Positions 9,466 through 20,288 of a stretch of DNA of 64,000 nt are shown in pieces; within the stretch, counting starts at the first letter, position 1, and every line of letters starts with the position of its first letter. The position numbers and the translations under genes were made by a program. Origin of the DNA: Hyphococcus sp. (lineage in GTDB: Bacteria; Pseudomonadota; Alphaproteobacteria; Caulobacterales; Parvularculaceae); the NCBI GenBank assembly GCA_021776455.1, contig JAJFFX010000038.1:1060-65059 (forward strand), in the 5' to 3' direction. The notes beneath the pieces are model-generated. The model worked only from the letters and a program-made list of their open reading frames with translations, did not search any database and was not told the origin of the DNA.

Positions 9466-10398
9466 ATGGAGTTGGAATGTCGATGTGCACAGAAAGGTTC
9501 CAATATGCAACTCCACACTGGTGGAACATACAAGGATTGCACCCACGATGAGATGATGAAAGGTATCGACCTCAAGACTGTAACCAATGCAGCATGTAGG
9601 TCGATATGTGCAACAAATCTTGCGATGTCATGTCCTGGTACTGAATCTGATAACTGTACCGCGCCATGTGCAGCGGCGCAAGGAGGTCACCAACCGGCAG
9701 GAGGTGGCAATGCTGCTACAGAGGCGTCATGGCAGAAGTGTGCGAGTGAGAACGGCTTCACAGCATCGCATTGTGGCGGACATACGATCGCCAAAGAGGG
9801 CAATATGAACGATTATCAGTTTCTGAGTGCTTGTACTCAAGCGGGATGTCAGGGCGACCAAAGCTGTATTGATGGTCTTCGTGATGTCATGAACAACCAT
9901 TGTCCACCGGGTTCTGACCCACAGCCGGGTGGAGGAGGTGGAGGAGGTGGATCTAGCTGTGATGACGGGTCTGGGATGGGCTTCTCGGCAGCACAGTGTA
10001 ATAGCGGGTGTGTCACGGCAATGGAGAAGAGTCAAGGTCTTCCTTCCGACTATGGATGGAACCCATCTGGACCAGGACATTGTATGGCCGTAGGCGGAAC
10101 AAATCCTGATGGTTCTGATGCACCGAAGTTCCCTGGAGGAGTTTCCGGATGTCAACAATGTACGGGAGGTGGACAACCAGGAGGAGGTGGTCAACTAGGA
10201 GGAGGAGGTGGTCAACCAGGAGGAGGTGGTCAACCAGGAGGAGGAGGTGGACAGCCAAGTCCATCCCCCGTATCATCATCGTCCTCAGGCTATTGGAGTT
10301 CGACAAAGGGGCACATTCTCATTATAGCGATTGCTGCTCTCGTAATGGCCCTTATCGTTGGTGGCGTGTGGGTATATAAGCACAAACGCCACAGATGA
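9466..10398 (+). CDS. Cys/Gly-rich membrane-anchored surface protein
   Basis: Many Cys, GGGGQP repeats, C-terminal TM helix followed by a basic tail. Confidence 0.7.
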   Translation: MELECRCAQKGSNMQLHTGGTYKDCTHDEMMKGIDLKTVTNAACRSICATNLAMSCPGTESDNCTAPCAAAQGGHQPAGGGNAATEASWQKCASENGFTASHCGGHTIAKEGNMNDYQFLSACTQAGCQGDQSCIDGLRDVMNNHCPPGSDPQPGGGGGGGGSSCDDGSGMGFSAAQCNSGCVTAMEKSQGLPSDYGWNPSGPGHCMAVGGTNPDGSDAPKFPGGVSGCQQCTGGGQPGGGGQLGGGGGQPGGGGQPGGGGGQPSPSPVSSSSSGYWSSTKGHILIIAIAALVMALIVGGVWVYKHKRHR

Positions 10399-10439
10399 GA
10401 AATTGATCAGTCTCATTCTACATTCTAACATTGACAAAC

Positions 10440-10901
10440 ATGCCAGCCTTCACTGATCTCACCATCAAAACATACTCAGCCAAGTCTTTCGTCGTCATCG
10501 ATCAGAGAGGTAGACACGAAGACTCACTACTATCCCTGGGAGGTAAAAAGAACGGATGTCTTACGGACAAAGATACTGGAGATCGCTTTGAGGGTTACAT
10601 CTATCCAACTTCGCGATTGGATAAGGTTAAAGCCTGGCAATCCGCTGGTAAGAGTCTTCAGTACACGAAACCGGTTGATTCCCAGGAGAACAACTACACG
10701 TCTGAGTACTCCTCTTCTAACAGTGGGGGTCAACAATCAAGACAGCTACTTCTGACCCTAGAGAAGACGCAGGCCGAAGTAAAGTGGTTGCGTAGTGTCG
10801 TGCTTCAGATTGCGGAGCATTCTGGTCTTGAGATCGAGGAAGAAGTAGAAGAGGCGGTAGAACGACCAAAACCAACACTGCGTCGACCAAGGCTGTTGTA
10901 A
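10440..10901 (+). CDS. Hypothetical protein
   Basis: ORF preceded by AAATTGA about 40 nt upstream and followed by a hairpin near 10914-10940. Confidence 0.65.
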   Translation: MPAFTDLTIKTYSAKSFVVIDQRGRHEDSLLSLGGKKNGCLTDKDTGDRFEGYIYPTSRLDKVKAWQSAGKSLQYTKPVDSQENNYTSEYSSSNSGGQQSRQLLLTLEKTQAEVKWLRSVVLQIAEHSGLEIEEEVEEAVERPKPTLRRPRLL

Positions 10902-10983
10902 GCCCAAACTAGATTCTCAACAATACATAATTATTGAGAACAACATCGTCATCTAAGAACTTGTTGGTTAAACCAAAGATAGA

Positions 10984-12723
10984 ATGGGTATACCTTTGTT
11001 TTTCAAGTTTTGGAGGGACAACTTTCGCACACAGACGAAGAGCGTCAAGCGCAATGTGTCTCTTCCAGACCTCGAAGTGTACGTAGACAACTTGCTCCTG
11101 GATTTGAATGGACCGATACACACGGCTGCCCAGAAGGCATATAAATATGGGAGTTATGCGCGTCCACCCCGCCTACTTGGAGACCGAGTCGCACCGAAGA
11201 TCAGTCATCACAAAACACACATTATCATCTTCGAAGACATATGTGCACAGATAGTCAAACTCCTTACAGTTGTACAACCACGGAAGCGCCTGATCATCTG
11301 CATTGATGGACCAGCTCCTCTTGCCAAACAGAACCAGCAGCGAAAGAGACGCTACAAGAGTGCTATGGAGGCCAGTGATGACTGTGCCTTTGACTCAAAC
11401 TGCATAACGCCAGGTACTGAATTTATGGATAAGCTAAGTACCTATATCGATCGGTTTATCCGGAAGAGCGTGACTTCGGATCCGCAGTGGAAGAAGTTAG
11501 AGGTAGTATTTTCATCCGATCGAGCTCATGGGGAAGGAGAACATAAAGCCCTGAACTATATTCGCTTCTATGGTGACTCAGAAGAAAGCTTTTGCATCAA
11601 TGGTTGTGATGCAGATCTCATCATGCTTGCTCTGGGGACACATCTTCCGGAGATGTATATTCTTAGGGAAGATCCATACGATGACCAGAACGAGTACTTC
11701 TGCCTTGATATTGGGAGGTCACATGATAAACTTGCATCAATCGTACAATGGGAGTCAGACCAGCATGAATTTATCCCGTCCTGGGCTGTGAATGATTTCA
11801 TCTTTTTGTGCTTCATGGTGGGCAACGACTTCCTTCCTCATATTCCATCGATAGAGATCATTGAGGACGGTGTTGACGTGATCATAGAAGTATACCGAGA
11901 GGTGTGTAGCTCCTATGGACATATCACGCGCACGTCCCCAGAAAGTGTTGATATTCAGAATAAACCGTTGGGCATCTTCATGGCCACGATAGGACACTAT
12001 GAGAAAGAGCTGCTAGACAAGAAGTTGACCCGGAAGGCTTCTTACTTTCCAGATCCACTGCTTGAGAAGTGCGCAGACCCCATTGTAACACATCGGACAC
12101 ATGAGCCTAGTCTGAGCGTTGATATTACCATGTACCGCAAAAAGTTCTGTGAGATGGCATTCCCGAGTGGAGTGGATCTTGAAGAGGTGTCACACCAGTA
12201 CCTAGAGGGGATGCAATGGGTTCTATCATACTACCTCAGGGGAGTCCCAAGCTGGAAATGGATGTACCCGTATCACTACGCTCCTCCGGCTCACATCCTC
12301 GCTCAACACATCGATACATTTGTTCCGCCTACGTATCCGAGAACGGTCCCCAGTACACCATTTCAACAGCTGCTCTGTGTATTACCACCAAAAAGCGCCC
12401 CGTTGATACCGAACCCCCTCTCGAATCTTATCTGTGACAGATCGTCTCCTCTGAAAGCCTACTGTCCTGACGAGTTCAAGATTGATCTCTCAGGAAAGAG
12501 AAAGGAGTGGGAAGGTATCGTTTTGCTACCGATCGTTGATTACGATGTGGTCTGCTCTTCCAGCGATGAGCTGCTAGATCAAGTAGATCCAAAAGACTTG
12601 ATCAGGAACAGCGCGCGGCAAACGTGCGTATACACGTATGACACCAAAGATGCGTACTGTTTCGTCTCCAAGTATGGTAACATTAAGAAGTGCAAAGTTC
12701 GGACACAATGTATCGATATTTGA
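10984..12723 (+). CDS. xrn1: XRN-family 5'-3' exoribonuclease
   Basis: MGIP..F, DNLLLDLNG, DGPAPLAKQNQQRKRRY, FDSNCITPGTEFM, GEGEHK, DADLIML, GNDFLPH, WMYPYHYAP. Confidence 0.95.
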   Translation: MGIPLFFKFWRDNFRTQTKSVKRNVSLPDLEVYVDNLLLDLNGPIHTAAQKAYKYGSYARPPRLLGDRVAPKISHHKTHIIIFEDICAQIVKLLTVVQPRKRLIICIDGPAPLAKQNQQRKRRYKSAMEASDDCAFDSNCITPGTEFMDKLSTYIDRFIRKSVTSDPQWKKLEVVFSSDRAHGEGEHKALNYIRFYGDSEESFCINGCDADLIMLALGTHLPEMYILREDPYDDQNEYFCLDIGRSHDKLASIVQWESDQHEFIPSWAVNDFIFLCFMVGNDFLPHIPSIEIIEDGVDVIIEVYREVCSSYGHITRTSPESVDIQNKPLGIFMATIGHYEKELLDKKLTRKASYFPDPLLEKCADPIVTHRTHEPSLSVDITMYRKKFCEMAFPSGVDLEEVSHQYLEGMQWVLSYYLRGVPSWKWMYPYHYAPPAHILAQHIDTFVPPTYPRTVPSTPFQQLLCVLPPKSAPLIPNPLSNLICDRSSPLKAYCPDEFKIDLSGKRKEWEGIVLLPIVDYDVVCSSSDELLDQVDPKDLIRNSARQTCVYTYDTKDAYCFVSKYGNIKKCKVRTQCIDI

Positions 12724-12763
12724 GAATTGATGAGCTTACATATCTGAACTTCTACTACCAAAG

Positions 12764-13294
12764 ATGGTAAACAACAACGCTCCCCCTATTATCCCTGAGT
12801 ACGATTTCCCTGAATATACTCCAGAAGAATTGCCCGGATTCAGTGAGGCTCTCTCGGTTCTTTTAAACGCAATTGTAGCCTGTCAAGAGACTCTTTCTGA
12901 TCGTGACATTGACAAGACCCTTAGAGCCTGTAACAAGATATTCAGGGCCATGACCACATTCGATAGTTTCGGAAGGATAGGACGACTGTCCGATCGGACG
13001 AAGCTTTCACAGGTGAAAGCGCTCACAGGGTTTATGTACAACAGGATGCTTGAGAATGATGTCCGTATCATTACAACTTCTATGACTCTCTATTCTCTTG
13101 ATGATCGACATGAGGCCGGGAGTTCACAGCCACAGGGTAAACGTGAGGAAAGTTATCAGGTTCTTAGGAAGAGCTTAATCCAAAACATCGAACGTTCAAA
13201 GGAGATCCTGTTCGATGACGCCAAAGAATTGGCTAGTGAGACCCATAAATTTGCATTGGATCCCGTCTGGGATTCATACTGCGAATCAACTTAG
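12764..13294 (+). CDS. Hypothetical protein
   Basis: 176-aa ORF with upstream AATTGA and a downstream hairpin. Confidence 0.6.
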   Translation: MVNNNAPPIIPEYDFPEYTPEELPGFSEALSVLLNAIVACQETLSDRDIDKTLRACNKIFRAMTTFDSFGRIGRLSDRTKLSQVKALTGFMYNRMLENDVRIITTSMTLYSLDDRHEAGSSQPQGKREESYQVLRKSLIQNIERSKEILFDDAKELASETHKFALDPVWDSYCEST

Positions 13295-13311
13295 ATATAT
13301 AATTGTATTAG

Positions 13312-13343
13312 AAAAACCTACTGTCAGATTACAGTAGGTTTTT
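13312..13343. terminator. 3' hairpin between convergent genes
   Basis: AAAAACCTACTGT-CAGATT-ACAGTAGGTTTTT. Confidence 0.65.
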
Positions 13344-13367
13344 TCGTGTTACGAGGTGAGGCTAACT

Positions 13368-16300
13368 CTACGGTCTCCAGCGGATACTCTTAACTATTGT
13401 GTTCAGCACGAACACGCTCCCAAAATATGTGTCGTTCCCACTCATGGCGTCTCTTGATATCTGTAGAATAGTTGTGTCTCCGGTCATGTCCGAACTTATA
13501 TCAAACGTGAACGTTGTTGTTATCACAACTCCATCTGCGAAAAGTGGCACAGGTATGATAGAACTTTGCATTTCTTCTGGGTATGATCCAGAATTTATGG
13601 TTGATCCGGTCCCTATCCCCACACACACGGTGGCCGTCAACTCGACATTGCCGTTAAGCAAGGTGGACGGTACCCATTCAACCTCGACTGTCAATGGTCG
13701 GGACGTGTCTGTTCCGTTGGGGATAGAGAACTTGTATGCAAAACCGCTATTTTGGAAAGCATCTAGGCTCGACACGGGCAGGGTAAGAGATGAAATAGAG
13801 GCGCTAACATCAAGAGTGGCTGTAGACACGCTTCCCACGGATTGGTAGTTAGTACCAATCGTTAGATCATGCTCTGGTTCCGAATTACCGAAGTATTCCA
13901 CGAAGCCGTCCTTATTGATTTCCGTATGGTTTGTACCAAGTTTAGCTCGTTGCAAGGTCGGGCTCGTCGTGATGCCCTCGGTCAGTCGTACTCGTATCCA
14001 GTAAGCTGCCTGTGAGTTAACTGTCGTTGTAATCCAGTCAGTTTCTATACCGGTGTCCATTCGGATATGTTCTGAGCTTGTCGTAGTGAATAAGTTGTTC
14101 GCTCGCTGTTCATATGGACTGACAGCCGAGGTTGCCATTGCGTTAAACGCAGTCCACGCACCGTTCCAGTACTCGGTGACGTAACTGGATCCTACAATTG
14201 CAACTGTCTGATCAACCTTAACACTACCAAATTTCCGATCAAGGTTTCCTATGTACGCTATGTTACCACTAGCTACGTCCGCAAACAGGGGGAACGTTGA
14301 TTCAACTCTACTCTTAGCCGCAGCGGTGTTATCGGTAAATACCGATCCCGCTGGATTGAAGGAGAATACAAACATGTTAGTAACTGTCGAGTCACCTTCT
14401 CCAGCTGAAAACTCACTTGGGTGATCGGACGTGCCGACCGCCAGTTCACCATCGACGACATAGGACGGATCTTCTTCAATACCTTTGTCTGCCCCTGACG
14501 CATTAAAGGCTTTACATCCATTTTTATACCCTGAGGGGTACATCACCTTCTCCCTCTGAAACTCACATGCAACCAGCGTCACCTCGGACAATGATCCAGT
14601 GAGCCCTCCGTCGACAAGAACGTCGAACCCACCTGATGTCGTATGAAAGTGGCAACTCGATACGGATACGTTTACCCCGTCCCCAGTGATATGGAGACCA
14701 TTTATCGCGGGAGAATCATCCGGGACCACAAGACTATCAATCTCAAAGTCCCCTGTTCCTGAAACGTTGAAGATATCAGTGCATGAATAAGAAGTTGCAG
14801 CATTAAGCTGGACTCCCTGTAGCTGGCAAGACCCCGACGATGCCGATGAGATCACAGCCGTGCACGACCCCGCGTTCACAATTGGATTATTCCCGATCAC
14901 GCTTCCAGAAGTGTGTGAGATGAAAGGCCCTCCAATAGCACCCCCGTTGTGGAACACCGTAAGAAACACACCTGTGCCAGCTCCGTTTATAGCGAACCCA
15001 GCTCCAGTGTTGGTGCCTCCACCGCCAAGCAGTACAGTGACGTACATAATACATAGCTGAGTAACAGTCGACGCGGATGTATCAACGATGGGGTTGCTAC
15101 CGGCTGACGGACCTACGACAGTAATTTCTCTTAGAGTTCCTCCTCCCGCGAATGTCACGCGCGTGGAGGTGGTGTCAGCTCCAGTGATCCGCACCTGTAG
15201 CGCGGCTGGAAAACCGAGTAGTCTTACACCGTCAGGAATGGTGACGCTCTCAGCATACAGACCTGGGTACACCAACACTGTGTCTCCGGAAGAAGCAGCC
15301 GCTAAACCGGCGGTGATCGTTGTGTAATCTCCGTTGGCGGCGGCAACAATAATTATACCTGTGGGCAATGCAGCAGTAATACCAGTAAGGAAATTTGCCC
15401 GGGTCATCTTTCGGTTTGCGCTTGCCGTGTTGTCATATATGAGTATCTCATCGGCATTGTCTGGCGTTGTCTCGGCTGTCGTGCCATTGATGTCGGTGCT
15501 TTCCGCCTCCCACTGTGCTTGCAGAGGAGATAGATTTGTAAGTTTTAGGACTTGATCAAGCACCGTCGGAGCGTTGTTTATAACAACGGCTGTACCAGTC
15601 TTATCCCATAACGCATCAGCGGAGACTGTGTTCGTGGATGAATTAATGATTTTATTTGTTACGGTTTGTGAGTTGGTTGTAGTGAGAACAGAGCTTGTCG
15701 GAACTGTTGTTGCAAGACCGGTACCATCATACTCAACCAGGTAGTTTGTATCGCTAAAGGCGGTTGTATTTGTACCACCATTCACAATCGATAGTGCCCC
15801 GTTGACGTCCACTTGGTTACTTCCGTTGATATAGATGTTACCCGTAGTTCCTATTGTGTTAACATTATAAGCGCCTCCTGATAGAGTCAGTCCGGATCCA
15901 GCAGCTATGCTCGACGCAAACTGGACCCATGTCACATCATTTGTTCCCACAGTTGCCACTGCTGGATTCACCGCCCACGCTGTAGCGGCCAGAGTCGTAC
16001 CTTGCAGTACTAATATGGAGGTGTCCTTAGTAACAGCGTCTCCCGTATCGAATCCTGACACCCTCGTCAGTGTGGTTGAACTCGTACGAGAGTATACTCC
16101 ATTCTGCAAGATTGTCGACTGGTCCTTGACAACAACGCGTTCTGTTCCCGAGAGAGTGACACCGTCGATCGTTGGGAGGCCACCTCCGTATACGATCGTG
16201 TTTCCAGTGTAGCCGGTCAGAGCCGTGGTTGTGGCAACATCCGCCGCTTCTAGAGGCGTGAGCCCCGCCAGCCACCGAATCGACGTAAGTCTTAGTCGCG

Positions 16301-17220
16301 GCGTCACCAGCAAGTGTGGGAGCGCCCAAGTTGGTTATCTTGTTTGAGTTCATATTAACAGCTCCAGTCATCGATCCCCCTGCAGCGTTTACTGTGGTCG
16401 TCGAGACAACTGAGTTGAACGTAACGTTATCAGTAGTCGCGACTTGCTGATCGGCCCCACCAACATATCCCCATTGGGTAGCATCCACCGTTGCCGCACC
16501 TAGGTTGGCGTACTCGGCTAGCATTGCCGCACTGACGCTGTTAATGGACCCTGTTATCGTTATGTCGTTCACTGATGTCATGTTATCGGAGTCGTCTATC
16601 GATATCCCCGTCCCTTGGATTGCCCCTCCCGTACCGTCAAACTTGACCATTCTGTTATCGACGGCTGATCCAGATAGCGTTAGTGCTCCAATATTCGTCG
16701 CTAGCGCAGCTGCATTGGCTATGGTCAGAAGTGTGTCCCGCGTGTAGGCTGTCAGCGTGATGTTGGCCATGGTGGTGCTGTCAACGTAGTAAAAGAGATC
16801 ATTGGCTGTGGAGGATGCACCAATATCAGCCAGGGACTGGAGAGTGGTGTTTTGTGCCTGAACGTCAGTCCCGAGAGTTAGACCGAGCAGCGATCGTCCG
16901 GAGAGTATGCTACTAGCCCCCAGTAACGAGCGACCATAAGTCTGTGTCGCCACCTTGGTGAAGTTAGTTGATGACGCTCCGTATATCATATCCCCAGCGA
17001 CGACTCCTATTGTGTCAATTGATGCTAGTAGGCTTGATAACGAAAATGTGAGATTCTCGACCAGGATCTTTTTGTTGGTCGCTTCTGATACGTCATATAT
17101 CAATAGTTCATCATCCGTAGCAGCTGATGCTAATACGGGAAGCAGTGTGAAATCGACACCCGACCCGCTTGAGGCTTCTGGGAAGTTGAGCGGTGGTGCG
17201 AAGTACACTTTAAAACTCAT
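13368..17220 (-). CDS. Large tail-fibre-like virion protein interrupted by a +1 frame break near 16263-16270
   Basis: The upstream frame (MSFKVYFAPP...NKITNLGAPTLAGDAATKTYVDSVAG) continues in the other frame as GLTPLEAADVATT...IDGVTLSGTERVVVKDQSTILQNGVY, a contiguous phage-fibre-like motif; a beta-helix-like region (DYTTITAGL...VLVYPGLYAE) follows. Confidence 0.75.
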
Positions 17221-17404
17221 TTGTATTATGACGGGATTAACTTTTAAAAGTCTGGAGATGCTTTTTCTCCCAGGCCGTAGGATGGCTGAGTGAAGAAGTA
17301 TCACAATGACGTCCCCACAAGGCAAAAGAAATAATCATAACTATATTGGCTAACGGGAAAGATGACTGATCAAGAAACATGTAACTTAACTCTGTGGAGC
17401 GTTC

Positions 17405-18052
17405 TCACCAACGATCAGGGTACCTTCGAAGCCCTGGCAACAATCCGGGGTGACGTGAGTGCCCCCATGTCACCCCAGAGCTAAGCGGCTCGTTCAGCCG
17501 CGGGCGTCTTGGAATATTAGCGTTACGGGACTTAATGAGATCGTTGAGTTGTTCTTTATAGCGCCGGAGTACCTTTTTATCAGTACCATCATCCCTTAGA
17601 ACACCGATTGCGCTCCTAGTAGAGCCGATAAGATCATCAATGCGTAACATATACGTTTTCCATGCGACCTCGAACTGATCCACATTTTCCTTCGAACGCA
17701 ATCCACCCACACTTTCCTGCCAATATAATCTATCCTGTTCAATGACTGCAGTTCTAAAAATGTGCGTCATTTTCTCGATGAGATTTTTTATCTCGTAAAG
17801 ATTACCCTTGATCACCTTGGGAAGCATCCCTGCGTCGTAAATGCGACCACCTATATCTGGGTCGATATCCATTACTTGCAGATGCGTTGCAAACTGGTCC
17901 CTCATGTTTCTCATACCACCCCGCAAACCTCTTGAGCGTCTCCTGCTACGTGAGCGTCTCCCGCGTGAGCGTCTCGCACGTGAGCGTCTCCTGCTACGTG
18001 ATCGTCTCCTACCACGTGGCTTCACTGGCATGCTTGTGCGCTTCCTTATCAT
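17405..18052 (-). CDS. Protein with Arg/Ser-rich protamine-like N-terminus; paralog of 48994-49590
   Basis: RRRSRSRRR...RGLRGG followed by DQFAxHLQ...IDPDxGxRIY, shared with 48994; TAAATG start. Confidence 0.7.
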   Translation of the reverse strand: MIRKRTSMPVKPRGRRRSRSRRRSRARRSRGRRSRSRRRSRGLRGGMRNMRDQFATHLQVMDIDPDIGGRIYDAGMLPKVIKGNLYEIKNLIEKMTHIFRTAVIEQDRLYWQESVGGLRSKENVDQFEVAWKTYMLRIDDLIGSTRSAIGVLRDDGTDKKVLRRYKEQLNDLIKSRNANIPRRPRLNEPLSSGVTWGHSRHPGLLPGLRRYPDRW

Positions 18053-18156
18053 TTATATACATGGCGAAAAAAATTCGGGTGGGATTGTCAGTAACCGAGG
18101 CAAAACTGTGAAGCGGAGGTGCATGATGTGCCAAGTCCAAAAATGTTTTCTAAGGA

Positions 18157-18390
18157 TTATCTGTGATATTTATTGTAGAGCATCGTATATCTCTTCGGGT
18201 CGCTGGCTTTGTTGGGCATGAAGTAAATCCCCGGATCATGGTCTTTCTTATACACACGGATACCAGGGACTTTGAACCAGAGACGGCGGATGGCGTTTGT
18301 AGGAGGGTCGGTTATGGTCGTCACGATCTGATCTGCTGTGAGCGGCGGACCGTTGAACAGCAGATCATACACTTGTTCCTGGAAGCTCAT
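18157..18390 (-). CDS. Small hypothetical protein
   Basis: 77-aa ORF with TAAATG start context. Confidence 0.45.
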   Translation of the reverse strand: MSFQEQVYDLLFNGPPLTADQIVTTITDPPTNAIRRLWFKVPGIRVYKKDHDPGIYFMPNKASDPKRYTMLYNKYHR

Positions 18391-18410
18391 TTACATGAGC
18401 TTCTGTAAGC

Positions 18411-19091
18411 TTAGATGGAAAAACATGATCCATAGATCTCGGATCCTTCCAGAATGACCATTGGGACGTTTAACTTATCTTTCATCCAGTCTGTACAAAA
18501 CTCGTCATCGGTGTCAGTGACATCAACACCAAAGAATCTTGGTTTGACAAGGGTGGCTCTCCCACATGGCGTCTTAATTGCTTTATCTGGCATTTCCTTT
18601 GACTTCTCCGCTAGATTTTCAACTAAGTCCTTGTTGTAAACATAGTCAGGTCTGAGGAAGATCACCATGGTGTCACGTTCGTTTTCTCGGAGGAGCGAAG
18701 GAATAAGACAGTTGCCATGTCCATAGTCTTTGCCTGTAGGGATGGGAGCAACATAGTCCTTAAGGCTTGCCGGGACAGCGGCTATTACAGACGGGGGAGC
18801 AGTTAGAGTTATCTGGTCGACCTTCACTGTCTGGTCAAGGATTGAGTTTATAAAGGGTTTCAGGTCCTTGGACTTTGTAACCGTGGTTGTGAAGTTGACA
18901 ACGACTTTGGTGTCGTCGGCAGCCATCGGTAAAGCCTTGTAAGCCTCCACGAAACTGCTCGGACTATAGAGATGCATTTTAGCGTACCGGACAAGGCCAA
19001 AATATGCGAGAAGGATCCAGATAAAAGATAATCCGACCGAGACGAGTGACCAGATGATTAGGGAACGGCTTACCATTTTATATCCCATCAA
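18411..19091 (-). CDS. Membrane-anchored glycosyltransferase-like (GT-A) protein, possibly degenerate
   Basis: N-terminal TM; VVVNFTT...INSILDQTVKVDQI and KDYGHG patterns; the DxD position reads RPD. Confidence 0.55.
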   Translation of the reverse strand: MMGYKMVSRSLIIWSLVSVGLSFIWILLAYFGLVRYAKMHLYSPSSFVEAYKALPMAADDTKVVVNFTTTVTKSKDLKPFINSILDQTVKVDQITLTAPPSVIAAVPASLKDYVAPIPTGKDYGHGNCLIPSLLRENERDTMVIFLRPDYVYNKDLVENLAEKSKEMPDKAIKTPCGRATLVKPRFFGVDVTDTDDEFCTDWMKDKLNVPMVILEGSEIYGSCFSI

Positions 19092-19200
19092 GATTAAATG
19101 ATCAGCTTGTACATTTGTTCTAAATACTTAGAACAAATGATACTTGAATGCTTTATAGCTTCATACATCGCTCTAGAAGCCTATAGTTACTTCTACATCA

Positions 19201-20250
19201 CTACTTTTTAGTTAGTTCCCATATCTTCCTCCTGTACCGCTTCATGAACCACCATGCGAATGCTCCAGTCATGATAAGACCGAGTACAATACTGACAAGA
19301 ATGATCATAGTTCTCTTGCTAACGCCCGTGGAACTCTTCTGAGCAGCTACTCCTTCGGCCAAGGCTGTTGCCAGTGGTTCTCCATATGTCTTTTGGTAGA
19401 AGACCTGAGGAGTTTCAGAGGATCGTGGGTACATTTTGTTGATCCAGAGGGCGTCAGCCCCAGACAAACGTAAGTTCTGGTGTGTTCCTTCGTTGTCCAA
19501 AGTAAGACTTTTTGGAAAAAAGTATAACATGATGGACAGTGGGTCGAATTCTGACCCATTGATTTGATTGTTAGCATACTTCGAGAGGATGTTCTTCTCA
19601 GTAGTTTGCTTATCCCAACCCTGGGTTTGTGAAGCCCAGGCGTATACCTTTGAGTCGTTCCAGTCAATGGGGTTAGGGTGTCCATCATCTCCCTTTGGGT
19701 TCTGATGCTCGTGAACCATACCGAGCACGTGACCAAACTCATGAAGAACTGTTCCAACATCGTACCATCCTAAGTTCATAGTTGGTTTACTTTTTACATG
19801 TAGGCAATCTGTACCAACTAATGACCAGGCCCCTCCGTCTGGATCGAAGCTGATTCTGACATTCGCGTGCTGTGGATTATCCACATAGACAAACTTGAGA
19901 CCGACTAGCGGTTGTACGCGCTCTTTGACAATTCTTCTGATCGCATCTGTGACCGGCACACCTTCAAGTTTTTTCTGGAGAGGATCAAGTTTAAGCACTA
20001 CGCCTCCGTGAGTCCTGGCATCTTCCAAGTCAGCGGTCGAAGTTCTGGGAATTTGGTTTCCTGTTCCTAAGAAGCCGTACCTGATTGTAGTCCCCTCAGG
20101 CCATAGCTTGTCTGTCTGGAACGCTGCCCTCAGTCGATCGTAATGGTACTGAGAGTTACTGGAGGCTTTCATCCGTGCCAGCTGCTTTTCGTGGTGTGGA
20201 AGCAACTTCTCAACACATATCCTGTCTTGTGCCATCTGAGAACTAGACAT
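19201..20250 (-). CDS. Astacin-like (M12A) zinc metalloprotease with C-terminal TM anchor
   Basis: HEFGHVLGMVHEH zinc motif, SIMLY Met-turn, C-terminal hydrophobic helix. Confidence 0.92.
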   Translation of the reverse strand: MSSSQMAQDRICVEKLLPHHEKQLARMKASSNSQYHYDRLRAAFQTDKLWPEGTTIRYGFLGTGNQIPRTSTADLEDARTHGGVVLKLDPLQKKLEGVPVTDAIRRIVKERVQPLVGLKFVYVDNPQHANVRISFDPDGGAWSLVGTDCLHVKSKPTMNLGWYDVGTVLHEFGHVLGMVHEHQNPKGDDGHPNPIDWNDSKVYAWASQTQGWDKQTTEKNILSKYANNQINGSEFDPLSIMLYFFPKSLTLDNEGTHQNLRLSGADALWINKMYPRSSETPQVFYQKTYGEPLATALAEGVAAQKSSTGVSKRTMIILVSIVLGLIMTGAFAWWFMKRYRRKIWELTKK

Positions 20251-20288
20251 TTATTCAGGGTATATAAAAAACCTGCGCTAGATAAACT

